This document shows, piece by piece, positions 39,201-54,200 of a stretch of 64,000 bases of DNA. Source of the stretch: Eledone cirrhosa. Taxonomy: Eukaryota. Position 1 is the stretch's first letter; every line of letters begins with the position of its first letter. The notes beneath the pieces are model-generated. The model did not search any database, was not told the DNA's origin, and was given only the letters and a program-made list of their open reading frames with translations. The stretch covers positions 403,620,001 to 403,684,000 of the forward strand of contig OZ024741.1 in the NCBI GenBank assembly GCA_964016885.1. The letters run 5' to 3'. The position numbers and the translations under genes are program-made.

Positions 39201-42200
39201 TGATCTGTATCTTCATGGAGCTGTCATAAGGTCATATGATATGTATCTTCATGGAGCTGTCATAAGGTCATATGATCTGTATCTTCATGGAGCTGTCATA
39301 AGGTCATATGATCTGTATCTTCATGGAGCTATCATAAGGTCATATGTTCTGTATCTTCATGGAGCTGTCATCATGTCATATGATCTGTATCTTCATGGAG
39401 CTGTCATAAGGTCATATGATCTGTATCTTCATGGAGCTGTCATCATGTCATATGATCTGTATCTTCATGGAGCTGTCATAAGGTCATATGATCTGTATCT
39501 TCATGGAGCTATCATAAGGTCATATGATCTGTATCTTCATGGAGCTGTCATAAGGTCATATGATCTGTATCTTCATGGAGCTGTCATAAGGTCATATGAT
39601 CTGTATCTTCATGGAGCTGTCATCATGTCATATGATCTGTATCTTCATGGAGCTGTCATCGTGTCATATGATCTGTATCTTCATGGAGCTGTCATAAGGT
39701 CATATGATCTGTATCTTCATGGAGCTGTCATCATGTCTTATGATCTGTATCTTCATGGAGCTGTCATCATGTCATATGATCTGTATCTTCATGGAGCTGT
39801 CATCATGTCATATGATCTGTATCTTCATGGAGCTATCATAAGGTCATATGTTCTGTATCTTCTTGGAGCTGTCATCATGTCATATGTTCTGTATCTTCAT
39901 GGAGCTATCATAAGGTCATATGATCTGTATCTTCATGGAGCTGTCATCATGTCATATGATCTGTATCTTCATGGAGCTGTCATCATGTCATATGATCTGT
40001 ATCTTCATGGAGCTGTCATCATGTCATATGATCTGTATCTTCATGGAGCTGTCATAAGGTCATATGATCTGTATCTTCATGGAGCTGTCATCATGTCATA
40101 TGATCTGTATCTTCATGGAGCTGTCATAAGGTCATATGATCTGTATCTTCATGGAGCTGTCATCATGTCATATGATCTGTATCTTCATGGAGCTATCATA
40201 AGGTCATATGATCTGTATCTTCATGGAGCTGTCATAAGGTCATATGATCTGTATCTTCATGGAGCTGTCATAAGTTGATATGATCTGTATCTTCATGGAG
40301 CTGTCATCATGTCATATGATCTGTATCTTCATGGAGCTGTCATCATGTCATATGATCTGTATCTTCATGGAGCTGTCATAAGGTCATATGATCTGTATCT
40401 TCATGGAGCTGTCATAAGGTCATATGATCTGTATCTTCATGGAGCTGTCATCATGTCATATGATCTGTATCTTCATGGAGCTGTCATAAGGTCATATGAT
40501 CTGTATCTTCATGGATCTGTCATCATGTCATATGATCTGTATCTTCATGGAGCTGTCATAAGGTCATATGAGCTGTATCTTCATGGAGCTGTCATCATGT
40601 CATATGATCGGTATCTTCATGGAGCTGTCATCATGTCATATGATCTGTATCTTCATGGAGCTGTCATCATGTCATATGATCTGTATCTTCATGGAGCTGT
40701 CATAAGGTCATATGATCTGTATTTTCATGGAGCTGTCATAAGGTCATATGTTCTGTATCTTCATGGAGCTGTCATCATGTCATATGATCTGTATCTTCAT
40801 GGAGCTGTCATAAGGTCATATGATCTGTATCTTCATGGAGCTGTCATCATGTCATATGATCTGTATCTTCATGGAGCTGTCATAAGGTCATATGATCTGT
40901 ATCTTCATGGAGCTGTCATCTTGTCATATGATCTGTATCTTCATGGAGCTGTCATAAGGTCATATGATCTGTATCTTCATGGAGCTGTCATCATGTCATA
41001 TGATCTGTATCTTCATGGAGCTATCATAAGGTCATATGATCTGTATCTTCATGGAGCTGTCATCATGTCATATGATCTGTATCTTCATGGAGCTGTCATA
41101 AGGTCATATGATCTGTATCTTCATGGAGCTGTCATAAAGTCATATGATCTGTATCTTCATGGAGCTATCATAAGGTCATATGATCTGTATCTTCATGGAG
41201 CTGTCATAAGGTCATATGATCTGTATCTTCATGGAGGTGTCATAAGGTCATATGATCTGTATCTTCATGGAGCTGTCATCATGTCATATGATCTGTATCT
41301 TCATGGAGCTGTCATCATGTCATATGATCTGTATCTTCATGGAGCTGTCATAAGGTCATATGATCTGTATCTTCATGGAGCTGTCATAAGGTCATATGAT
41401 CTGTATCTTCATGGAGCTGTCATCATGTCATATGATCTGTATCTTCATGGAGCTGTCATAAGGTCATATGATCTGTATCTTCATGGAGCTGTCATCATGT
41501 CATATGATCTGTATCTTCATGGAGCTGTTATCATGTCATATGATCTGTATCTTCATGGAGCTATCATAAGGTCATATATTCTGTATCTTCACGGAGCTGT
41601 CATAAGGTCATATGATCTGTATCTTCATGGAGCTGTCATAAGGTCATATGATCTGTATCTTCATGGAGCTGTCATCATGTCATATGTTCTGTATCTTCAT
41701 GGAGCTGTCATAAGGTCATATGATCTGTATCTTCATGGAGCTATCATAAGGTCATATGTTCTGTATCTTCATGGAGCTGTCATAAGGTCATATGATCTGT
41801 ATCTTCATGGAGCTGTCATAAGGTCATATGTTCTGTATCTTCATGGAGCTGTCATCATGTCATATGTTCTGTATCTTCATGGAGCTGTCATAAGGTCATA
41901 TGTTCTGTATCTTCATGGAGCTGTCATCATGTCATATGATCTGTATCTTCATGGAGCTGTCATCATGTCATATGTTCTGTATCTTTATGGAGCTGTCATC
42001 ATGTCATATGATCTGTATCTTCATGGAGCTGTCATGAGGTCATATGATCTGTATCTTTATGGAGCTGTCATCATGTCATATGTTCTGTATCTTCATGGAG
42101 CTGTCATAAGGTCATATGATCTGTATCTTCATGGAGCTGTCATCATGTCATATGATCTGTATCTTCATGGAGCTATCATAAGGTCATATGATCTGTATCT

Positions 42201-45200
42201 TCATGGAGCTGTCATCATGTCATATGATCTGTATCTTCATGGAGCTGTCATGAGGTCATATGATCTGTATCTTCATGGAGCTGTCATCATGTCATATGTT
42301 CTGTATCTTCATGGAGCTGTCATAACGTCATATGATCTGTATCTTCATGGAACTATCATAAGGTCATATGTTCTGTATCTTCATGGAGCTGTCATAAGGT
42401 CATATGATCTGTATCTTCATGGAGCTATCATAAGGTCATATGTTCTGTATCTTCATGGAGCTGTCATAAGGTCATATGATCTGTATCTTCATGGAGCTAT
42501 CATAAGGTCATATGTTCTGTATCTTCATGGAGCTATCATAAGGTCATATGTTCTGTATCTTCATGGAGCTGTCATAAGGTCATATGATCTGTATCTTCAT
42601 GGAGCTGTTATCATGTCATATGTTCTGTATCTTTATGGAGCTGTCATCATGTCATATGATCTGTATCTTCATGGAGCTATCATAAGGTCATATGTTCTGT
42701 ATCTTCATGGAGCTGTCATAAGGTCATATGATCTGTATCTTCATGGAGCTGTCATAAGGTCAAATGATCTGTATCTTCATGGAGCTGTCATCATGTCATA
42801 TGTTCTGTATCTTCATGGAGCTGTCATAAGGTCATATGATCTGTATCTTCATGGAGCTATCATAAGGTCATATGTTCTGTATCTTCATTGAGCTGTCATA
42901 ATTTCATATGATCTATATCTTCATGGAGCTGTCATAAGGTCATATGATCTGTATCTTCATGGAGCTGTCATCATGTCATATGATCTGTATCTTCATGGAG
43001 CTGTCATAAGGTCATATGATCTGTATCTTCATGGAGCTGTCATAAGGTCATATGATCTGTATCTTCATGGAGCTGTCATCATGTCATATGATCTGTATCT
43101 TCATGGAGTTGTCATAAGGTCATATGATCTGTATCTTCATGGAGCTGTCATCATGTCATATGATCTGTATCTTCATGGAGCTGTCATAAGGTCATATGAT
43201 CTGTATCTTCACGGAGCTGTCATCATGTCTTATGATCTGTATCTTCATGGAGCTGTTATCATGTCATATGATCTCTATCTTCATGGAGCTGTCATAAGGT
43301 CATATGATCTGTATCTTCATGGATCTGTCATCATGTCATATGATCTGTATCTTCATGGAGCTGTCATAAGGTCATATGATCTGTATCTTCATGGAGCTGT
43401 CATCATGTCATATGATCTGTATCTTCATGGAGCTGTCATAAGGTCATATGATCTGTATCTTCATGGAGCTGTCATCATGTCATATGATCTGTATCTTCAT
43501 GGAGCTGTCATAAGGTCATATGTTCTGTATCTTCATGGAGCTGTCATAAGGTCATATGATCTGTATCTTCATGGAGCTGTTATCATGTCATATGATCTGT
43601 ATCTTCATGGAGCTGTCATAAGGTCATATGATCTGTATCTTCATGGAGCTGTCATCATGTCATATGATCTGTATCTTCATGGAGCTGTCATCATGTCATA
43701 TGATCTGTATCTTCATGGAGCTGTCATAAGGTCATATGTTCTGTATCTTCACGGAGCTGTCATCATGTCATATGATCTGTATCTTCATGGAGCTGTCATA
43801 AGGTCATATGATCTGTATCTTCATGGAGCTGTCATAAGGTCATATGATCTGTATCTTCATGGAGCTGTCATAAGGTCATATGTTCTGTATCTTCATGGAG
43901 CTGTCATAAGGTCATATGTTCTGTATCTTCATGGAGCTGTCATAAGGTCATATGATCTGTATCTTCATGGAGCTGTCATCATGTCATATGATCTGTATCT
44001 TCATGGAGCTGTCATAAGGTCATATGTTCTGTATCTTCATGGAGCTGTAATAAGGTCATATGATCTTTATCTTCATGGAGCTGTCATCATGTCATATGAT
44101 TGTATCTTCACGGAGCTGTCATCATGTCTTATGATCTGTATCTTCATGGAGCTGTTATCATGTCATATGATCTGTATCTTCATGGAGCTGTCATAAGGTC
44201 ATATGATCTGTATCTTCACGGAGCTGTCATCATGTCATATGATCTGTATCTTCATAGAGCTGTCATAAGGTCATATGTTCTGTATCTTCACGGAGCTGTC
44301 ATCATGTCATATGATCTGTATCTTCATGGAGCTGTCATCATGTCATATGATCTGTATCTTCATGGAGCTGTCATAAGGTCATATGATCTGTATCTTCATG
44401 GAGCTGTTATCATGTCATATGATCTGTATCTTCATGGAGCTGTCATAAGGTCATATGATCTGTATCTTCATGGAGCTGTCATCATGTAATATGTTCTGTA
44501 TCTTCATGGAGCTGTCATAAGGTCATATGTTCTGTATCTTCATGGAGCTGTCATAAGGTCATATGATCTGTATCTTCATGGAGCTATCATAAGGTCATAT
44601 GTTCTGTATCTTCATGGAGCTGTCATCATGTCATATGATCTGTATCTTCATGGAGCTGTCATAAGGTCATATGTTCTGTATCTTCATGGAGCTGTCATAA
44701 GGTCATATGATCTGTATCTTCATGGAGCTGTTATCATGTCATATGATCTGTATCTTCATGGAGCTGTCATCATGTCATATGATCTGTATCTTCATGGAGC
44801 TGTCATCATGTCATATGTTCTGTATCTTCATGGAGCTGTCATCATGTCATATGATCTGTATCTTCATGGAGCTGTCATCATGTCATATGTTCTGTATCTT
44901 CATGGAGCTGTCATCATGTCATATGTTCTGTATCTTCATGGAGCTGTCATAAGGTCATATGTTCTGTATCTTCATGGAGCTGTCATCATGTCATATGTTC
45001 TGTATCTTCATGGAGCTGTCATCAGGTCATATGTTCTGTATCTTCATGGAGCTGTTATCATGTCATATGATCTGTATCTTCACGGAGCTGTCATAAGGTC
45101 ATATGTTCTGTATCTTCATGGAGCTGTCATAAGGTCATATGATCTGTATCTTCATGGAGCTGTCATAAGGTCATATGATCTGTATCTTCATGGAGCTGTT

Positions 45201-48200
45201 ATCATGTCATATGTTCTGTATCTTCATGGAGCTGTCATAAGGTCATATGATCTGTATCTTCATGGAGCTGTCATAAGGTCATATGATCTGTATCTTCATG
45301 GAGCTGTCATCATGTCATATGATCTGTATCTTCATGGAGCTGTCATCATGTCATATGATCTGTATCTTCATGGAGCTGTCATAAGGTCATATGATCTGTA
45401 TCTTCATGGAGCTGTCATAAGGTCATATGATCCGTATCTTCATGGAGCTGTCATCATGTCATATGATCTGTATCTTCATGGAGCTATCATAAGGTCATAT
45501 GATCTGTATCTTCATGGAGCTGTCATAAGGTCATATGATCTGTATCTTCATGGAGCTGTCATAAGGTCATATGATCTGTATCTTCATGGAGCTATCATAA
45601 GGTCATATGATCTGTATCTTCATGGAGCTGTCATCATGTCATATGTTCTGTATCTTCATGGAGCTGTCATAAGGTCATATGATCTGTATCTTCATGGAGC
45701 TGTCATAAGGTCATATGTTCTGTATCTTCATGGAGCTGTCATGAGGTCATATGTTCTGTATCTTCATGGAGCTGTCATCATGTCATATGATCTGTATCTT
45801 CATGGAGATGTCATCATGTCATATGATCTGTATCTTCATGGAGCTGTCATCATGTCATATGATCTGTATCTTCATGGAGCTGTCATGAGGTCATATGTTC
45901 TGTATCTTCATGGATCTGTCATCATGTCATATGATCTGTATCTTCATGGAGCTGTCATAAGGTCATATGTTCTGTATCTTCATGGAGCTGTCATAAGGTC
46001 ATATGTTCTGTATCTTCATGGAGCTCTCATCATGTTATATGATCTGTATCTTCATGGAGCTGTCATAAGGTCATATGATCTGTATCTTCATGGAGCTATC
46101 ATAAGGTCATATGTTCTGTATCTTCATGGAGCTGTCATAAGGTCATATGATCTGTATCTTCATGGATCTATCATAAGGTCATATGTTCTGTATCTTCATG
46201 GAGCTGTCATAAGGTCATATGTTCTGTATCTTCATGGAGCTGTCATAAGGTCATATGTTCTGTATCTTCATGGAGCTGTCATAAGGTCATATGTTCTGTA
46301 TCTTCATGGAGCTGTCATCATGTCATATGATCTGTATCTTCATGGAGCTGTCATAAGGTCATATGTTCTGTATCTTCATGGAGCTGTCATAAGGTCATAT
46401 GATCTGTATCTTCATGGAGCTGTCATCATGTCATATGATCTGTATCTTCATGGAGCTGTCATCATGTCATATGATCTGTATCTTCATGGAGTTGTCATAA
46501 GGTCATATGATCTGTATCTTCATGGAGCTGTCATCATGTCATATGATCTGTATCTTCATGGAGCTGTCATCATGTCATATGTTCTGTATCTTCATGGAGC
46601 TGTCATAAGGTCATATGATCTGTATCTTCATGGAGCTGTCATCATGTCATATGATCTGCATCTTCATGGAGCTGTCATAAGGTCATATGATCTGTATCTT
46701 CATGGAGCTGTCATCATGTCATATGATCTGTATCTTCATGGAGCTGTCATAAGGTCATATGATCTGTATCTTCATGGAGCTGTCATAAGGTCATATGATC
46801 TGTATCTTCATGGAGCTGTCATCATGTCATATGATCTGTATCTTCATGGAGCTGTCATAAGGTCATATGATCTGTATCTTCATGGAGCTGTCATCATGTC
46901 ATATGATCTGTATCTTCATGGAGCTATCATAAGGTCATATGATCTGTATCTTCATGGAGCTGTCATAAGGTCATATGATCTGTATCTTCATGGAGCTGTC
47001 ATCATGTCATATGATCTGTATCTTCATGGAGCTGTCATAAGGTCATATGTTCAGTATCTTCATGGAGCTGTCATAAGGTCATATGATCTGTATCTTCATG
47101 GAGCTCTCATCATGTCATATGATCTGTATCTTCATGGAGCTGTCATAAGGTCATATGATCTGTATCTTCACGGAGCTGTCATCATGTCTTATGATCTGTA
47201 TCTTCATGGAGCTGTCATAAGGTGATATGTTCTGTATCTTCATGGAGCTGTTATCATGTCATATGATCTGTATCTTCATGGAGCTGTTATCATGTCATAT
47301 GATGTGTATCTTCATGGAGCTGTCATCATGTCATATGATCTGTATCTTCATGGAGCTGTCATAAGGTCATATGATCTGTATCTTCATGGAGCTGTCATAA
47401 GGTCATATGATCTGTATCTTCATGGAGCTGTTATCATGTCATATGTTCTGTATCTTCATGGAGCTGTCATAAGGTCATATGATCTGTATCTTCATGGAGC
47501 TGTCATCATGTCATATGATCTGTATCTTCACGGAGCTGTCATCATGTCTTATGATCTGTATCTTCATGGAGCTGTTATCATGTCATATGATCTGTATCTT
47601 CATGGAGCTGTCATAAGGTCATATGATCTGTATCTTCATGGAGCTGTCATAAGGTCATATGTTCTGTATCTTCATGGAGCTGTCATAAGGTCATATGATC
47701 TGTATCTTCATGGAGCTGTCATCATGTCATATGTTCTGTATCTTCATGGAGCTGTCATAAGGTCATATGTTCTGTATCTTCATGGAGCTGTCATATGGTC
47801 ATATGATCTGTATCTTCATGGAGCTATCATAAGGTCATATGTTCTGTATCTTCATGGAGCTGTCATCATGTCATATGATCTGTATCTTCATGGAGCTGTC
47901 ATAAGGTCATATGTTCTGTATCTTCATGGAGCTGTCATAAGGTCATATGATCTGTATCTTCATGGAGCTGTTATAATGTCATATGATCTGTATCTTCATG
48001 GAGCTGTCATCATGTCATATGATCTGTATCTTCATGGAGCTGTCATCATGTCATATGTTCTGTATCTTCATGGAGCTGTCATCATGTCATATGATCTGTA
48101 TCTTCATGGAGCTGTCATCATGTCATATGTTCTGTATCTTCATGGAGCTGTCATAAGGTCATATGTTCTGTATCTTCATTGAGCTGTCATAAGGTCATAT

Positions 48201-51200
48201 GTTCTGTATCTTCATGGAGCTGTTATCATGTCATATGATCTGTATCTTCACGGAGCTGTCATAAGGTCATATGTTCTGTATCTTCATGGAGCTGTCATAA
48301 GGTCATATGATCTGTATCTTCATGGAGCTGTCATAAGGTCATATGATCTGTATCTTCATGGAGCTGTTATCATGTCATATGTTCTGTATCTTCATGGAGC
48401 TGTCATAAGGTCATATGATCTGTATCTTCATGGAGCTGTCATAAGGTCATATGATCTGTATCTTCATGGAGCTGTCATCATGTCATATGATCTGTATCTT
48501 CATGGAGCTGTCATCATGTCATATGATCTGTATCTTCATGGAGCTGTCATAAGGTCATATGATCTGTATCTTCATGGAGCTGTCATAAGGTCATATGATC
48601 TGTATCTTCATGGAGCTGTCATCATGTCATATGATCTGTATCTTCATGGAGCTATCATAAGGTCATATGATCTGTATCTTCATGGAGCTGTCATAAGGTC
48701 ATATGATCTGTATCTTCATGGAGCTGTCATAAGGTCATATGATCTGTATCTTCATGGAGCTATCATAAGGTCATATGATCTGTATCTTCATGGAGCTGTC
48801 ATCATGTCATATGTTCTGTATCTTCATGGAGCTGTCATAAGGTCATATGATCTGTATCTTCATGGAGCTGTCATCATGTCATATGTTCTGTATCTTCATG
48901 GAGCTGTCATAAGGTCATATGATCTGTATCTTCATGCAGCTGTCATCATGTCATATGATCTGTATCTTCATGGAGCTGTCATCATGTCATATGATCTGTA
49001 TCTTCATGGAGCTGTCATCATGTCATATGATCTGTATCTTCATGGAGCTGTCATGAGGTCATATGTTCTGTATCTTCATGGAGCTGTCATCATGTCATAT
49101 GATCTGTATCTTCATGGAGCTGTCATAAGGTCATATGTTCTGTATCTTCATGGAGCTGTCATAAGGTCATATGTTCTGTATCTTCATGGAGCTGTCATCA
49201 TGTCATATGATCTGTATCTTCATGGAGCTGTCATAAGGTCATATGATCTGTATCTTCATGGAGCTATCATAAGGTCATATGTTCTGTATCTTCATGGAGC
49301 TGTCATAAGGTCATATGATCTGTATCTTCATGGATCTATCATAAGGTCATATGTTCTGTATCTTCATGGAGCTGTCATAAGGTCATATGTTCTGTATCTT
49401 CATGGAGCTGTCATAAGGTCATATGATCTGTATCTTCATGGAGCTATCATAAGGTCATATGTTCTGTATCTTCATGGAGCTGTCATCATGTCATATGATC
49501 TGTATCTTCATGGAGCTGTCATAAGGTCATATGTTCTGTATCTTCATGGAGCTGTCATAAGGTCATATGATCTGTATCTTCATGGAGCTGTCATCATGTC
49601 ATATGATCTGTATCTTCATGGAGCTGTCATCATGTCATATGTTCTGTATCTTCATGGAGCTGTCATCATGTCATATGATCTGTATCTTCATGTAGCTGTC
49701 ATCATGTCATATGTTCTGTATCTTCATGGAGCTGTCATAAGGTCATATGTTCTGTATCTTCATTGAGCTGTCATAAGGTCATATGTTCTGTATCTTCATG
49801 GAGCTGTTATCATGTCATATGATCTGTATCTTCACGGAGCTGTCATAAGGTCATATGTTCTGTATCTTCATGGAGCTGTCATAAGGTCATATGATCTGTA
49901 TCTTCATGGAGCTGTCATAAGGTCATATGATCTGTATCTTCATGGAGCTGTTATCATGTCATATGTTCTGTATCTTCATGGAGCTGTCATAAGGGCATAT
50001 GATCTGTATCTTCATGGAGCTGTCATAAGGGCATATGATCTGTATCTTCATGGAGCTGTCATCATGTCATATGATCTGTATCTTCATGGAGCTGTCATCA
50101 TGTCATATGATCTGTATCTTCATGGAGCTGTCATAAGGTCATATGATCTGTATCTTCATGGAGCTGTCATAAGGTCATATGATCTGTATCTTCATGGAGC
50201 TGTCATCATGTCATATGATCTGTATCTTCATGGAGCTATCATAAGGTCATATGATCTGTATCTTCATGGACCTGTCATAAGGTCATATGATCTGTATCTT
50301 CATGGAGCTGTCATAAGGTCATATGATCTGTATCTTCATGGAGCTATCATAAGGTCATATGATCTGTATCTTCATGGAGCTGTCATCATGTCATATGTTC
50401 TGTATCTTCATGGAGCTGTCATAAGGTCATATGATCTGTATCTTCATGGAGCTGTCATCATGTCATATGTTCTGTATCTTCATGCAGCTGTCATCATGTC
50501 ATATGATCTGTATCTTCATGGAGCTGTCATCATGTCATATGATCTGTATCTTCATGGAGCTGTCATCATGTCATATGATCTGTATCTTCATGGAGCTGTC
50601 ATGAGGTCATATGTTCTGTATCTTCATGGAGCTGTCATCATGTCATATGATCTGTATCTTCATGGAGCTGTCATAAGGTCATATGTTCTGTATCTTCATG
50701 GAGCTGTCATAAGGTCATATGTTCTGTATCTTCATGGAGCTGTCATCATGTCATATGATCTGTATCTTCATGGAGCTGTCATAAGGTCATATGATCTGTA
50801 TCTTCATGGAGCTATCATAAGGTCATATGTTCTGTATCTTCATGGAGCTGTCATAAGGTCATATGATCTGTATCTTCATGGATCTATCATAAGGTCATAT
50901 GTTCTGTATCTTCATGGAGCTGTCATAAGGTCATATGTTCTGTATCTTCATGGAGCTGTCATAAGGTCATATGTTCTGTATCTTCATGGAGCTGTCATAA
51001 GGTCATATGTTCTGTATCTTCATGGAGCTGTCATAAGGTCATATGTTCTGTATCTTCATGGATCTATCATAAGGTCATATGTTCTGTATCTTCATGGAGC
51101 TGTTATCATGTCATATGATCTGTATCTTCATGGAGCTGTCATAAGGTCATATGTTCTGTATCTTCATGGAGCTGTCATAAGGTCATATGTTCTGTATCTT

Positions 51201-54200
51201 CATGGATCTATCATAAGGTCATATGTTCTGTATCTTCATGGAGCTGTCATAAGGTCATATGTTCTGTATCTTCATGGAGCTGTCATAAGGTCATATGTTC
51301 TGTATCTTCATGGATCTATCATAAGGTCATATGTTCTGTATCTTCATGGAGCTGTTATCATGTCATATGATCTGTATCTTCATGGAGCTGTCATAAGGTC
51401 ATATGTTCTGTATCTTCATGGAGCTGTCATAAGGTCATATGATCTGTATCTTCATGGAGCTGTCATCATGTCATATGATCTGTATCTTCATGGAGCTGTC
51501 ATCATGTCATATGATCTGCATCTTCATGGAGCTGTCATAAGGTCATATGATCTGTATCTTCATGGAGCTGTCATCATGTCATATGATCTATATCTTCATG
51601 GAGCTGTCATAAGGTCATATGATCTGTATCTTCATGGAGCTGTCATAAGGTCATATGATATGTATCTTCATGGAGCTGTAATCATGTCATATGATCTGTA
51701 TCTTCATGGAGCTGTCATAAGGTCATATGATCTGTATCTTCATGGAGCTGTCATCATGTCATATGATCTGTATCTTCATGGAGCTATCATAAGGTCATAT
51801 GATCTGTATCTTCATGGAGCTGTCATCATGTCATATGATCTGTATCTTCATGGAGCTGTCATAAGGTCATATGTTCTGTATCTTCATGGAGCTGTCATAA
51901 GGTCATATGATCTGTATCTTCATGGAGCTGTCATCATGTCATATGATCTGTATCTTCATGGAGCTGTCATAAGGTCATATGATCTGTATCTTCACGGAGC
52001 TGTCATAATGTCATATGATCTGTATCTTCATGGAGCTGTCATCATGTCATATGATCTGTATCTTCATGGAGCTGTTATCATGTCATATGATCTGTATCTT
52101 CATGGAGCTGTCATAAGGTCATATGATCTGTATCTTCACGGAGCTGTCATCATGTCATATGATCTGTATCTTCATGGAGCTGTCATCATGTCATATGATC
52201 TGTATCTTCATGGAGCTGTTATCATGTCATATGATCTGTATCTTCATGGAGCTGTCATAAGGTCATATGATCTGTATCTTCACGGAGCTGTCATCATGTC
52301 ATATGATCTGTATCTTCATGGAGCTGTTATCATGTCATATGATCTGTATCTTCATGGAGCTGTTATCATGTCATATGATCTGTATCTTCATGGAGCTGTC
52401 ATAAGGTCATATGATCTGTATCTTCATGGAGCTGTCATCATGTCATATGATCTGTATCTTCATGGAGCTGTCATAAGGTCATATGATCTGTATCTTCATG
52501 GAGCTGTCATAAGGTCATATGATCTGTATCTTCATGGAGCTGTCATCATGTCATATGATCTGTATCTTCATGGAGCTGTCATAAGGTCATATGATCCGTA
52601 TCTTCATGGAGCTGTCATCATGTCATATGATCTGTATCTTCATGGAGCTGTCATAAGGTCATATGATCTGTATCTTCACGGAGCTGTCATCATGTCTTAT
52701 GATCTGTATCTTCATGGAGCTGTTATCATGTCATATGATCTGTATCTTCATGGAGCTGTCATAAGGTCATATGATCTGTATCTTCATGGAGCTGTCATCA
52801 TGTCATATGATCTGTATCTTCATGGAGCTGTCATCATGTCATATGATCTGTATCTTCATGGAGCTGTCATAAGGTCATATGTTCTGTATCTTCACGGAGC
52901 TGTCATCATGTCATATGATCTGTATCTTCATGGAGCTGTCATAAGGTCATATGTTCTGTATCTTCACGGAGCTGTCATCATGTCATATGATCTGTATCTT
53001 CATGGAGCTGTCATCATGTCATATGATCTGTATCTTCATGGAGCTGTCATCATGTCATATGATCTGTATCTTCATGGAGCTGTCATAAGGTCATATGATC
53101 TGTATCTTCATGGAGCTGTCATAAGGTCATATGATCTGTATCTTCATGGAGCTGTCATAAGGTCATATGTTCTGTATCTTCATGGAGCTGTCATAAGGTC
53201 ATATGTTCTGTATCTTCATGGAGCTGTCATAAGGTCATATGATCTGTATCTTCATGGAGCTGTCATAAGGTCATATGATCTGTATCTTCATGGAGCTATC
53301 ATAAGGTCATATGTTCTGTATCTTCATGGAGCTATCATCATGTCATATGATCTGTATCTTCATGGAGCTGTCATAAGGTCATATGATCTGTATCTTCATG
53401 GAGCTATCATAAGGTCATATGTTCTGTATCTTCATGGAGCTGTTATCATGTCATATGTTCTGTATCTTCATGGAGCTGTCATAAGGTCATATGATCTGTA
53501 TCTTCATGGAGCTGTCATCATGTCATATGATCTGTATCTTCATGGAGCTGTCATCATGTCATATGATCTGTATCTTCATGGAGCTGTCATAAGGTCATAT
53601 GATCTGTATCTTCATGGAGCTGTCATAAGGTCATATGATCTGTATCTTCATGGAGCTGTCATCATGTCATATGATCTGTATCTTCATGGAGCTATCATAA
53701 GGTCATATGATCTGTATCTTCATGGAGCTGTCATAAGGTCATATTATCTGTATCTTCATGGAGCTGTCATAAGGTCATATGATCTGTATCTTCATGGAGC
53801 TATCATAAGGTCATATGATCTGTATCTTCATGGAGCTGTCATCATGTCATATGTTCTGTATCTTCATGGAGCTGTCATAAGGTCATATGATCTGTATCTT
53901 CATGGAGCTGTCATCATGTCATATGTTCTGTATCTTCATGGAGCTGTCATCATGTCATATGATCTGTATCTTCATGGAGCTGTCATCATGTCATATGATC
54001 TGTATCTTCATGGAGCTGTCATCATGTCATATGATCTGTATCTTCATGGAGCTGTCATGAGGTCATATGTTCTGTATCTTCATGGAGCTGTCATCATGTC
54101 ATATGATCTGTATCTTCATGGAGCTGTCATAAGGTCATATGTTCTGTATCTTCATGGAGCTGTCATAAGGTCATATGTTCTGTATCTTCATGGAGCTGTC

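Noticed and set aside
6265-49766. Giant ORFs of up to 2,209 aa made of SYDLYLHGAVI(R/M) repeats, as genuine CDS
   Set aside because: A 36-bp monomer with one stop-free frame produces these automatically. Nonsense variants (TAA, TGA) are copied along with duplicated blocks, a frameshift occurs at 44101, the commonest variants are non-conservative (R/M, D/V), and there is no signal peptide or unique domain.
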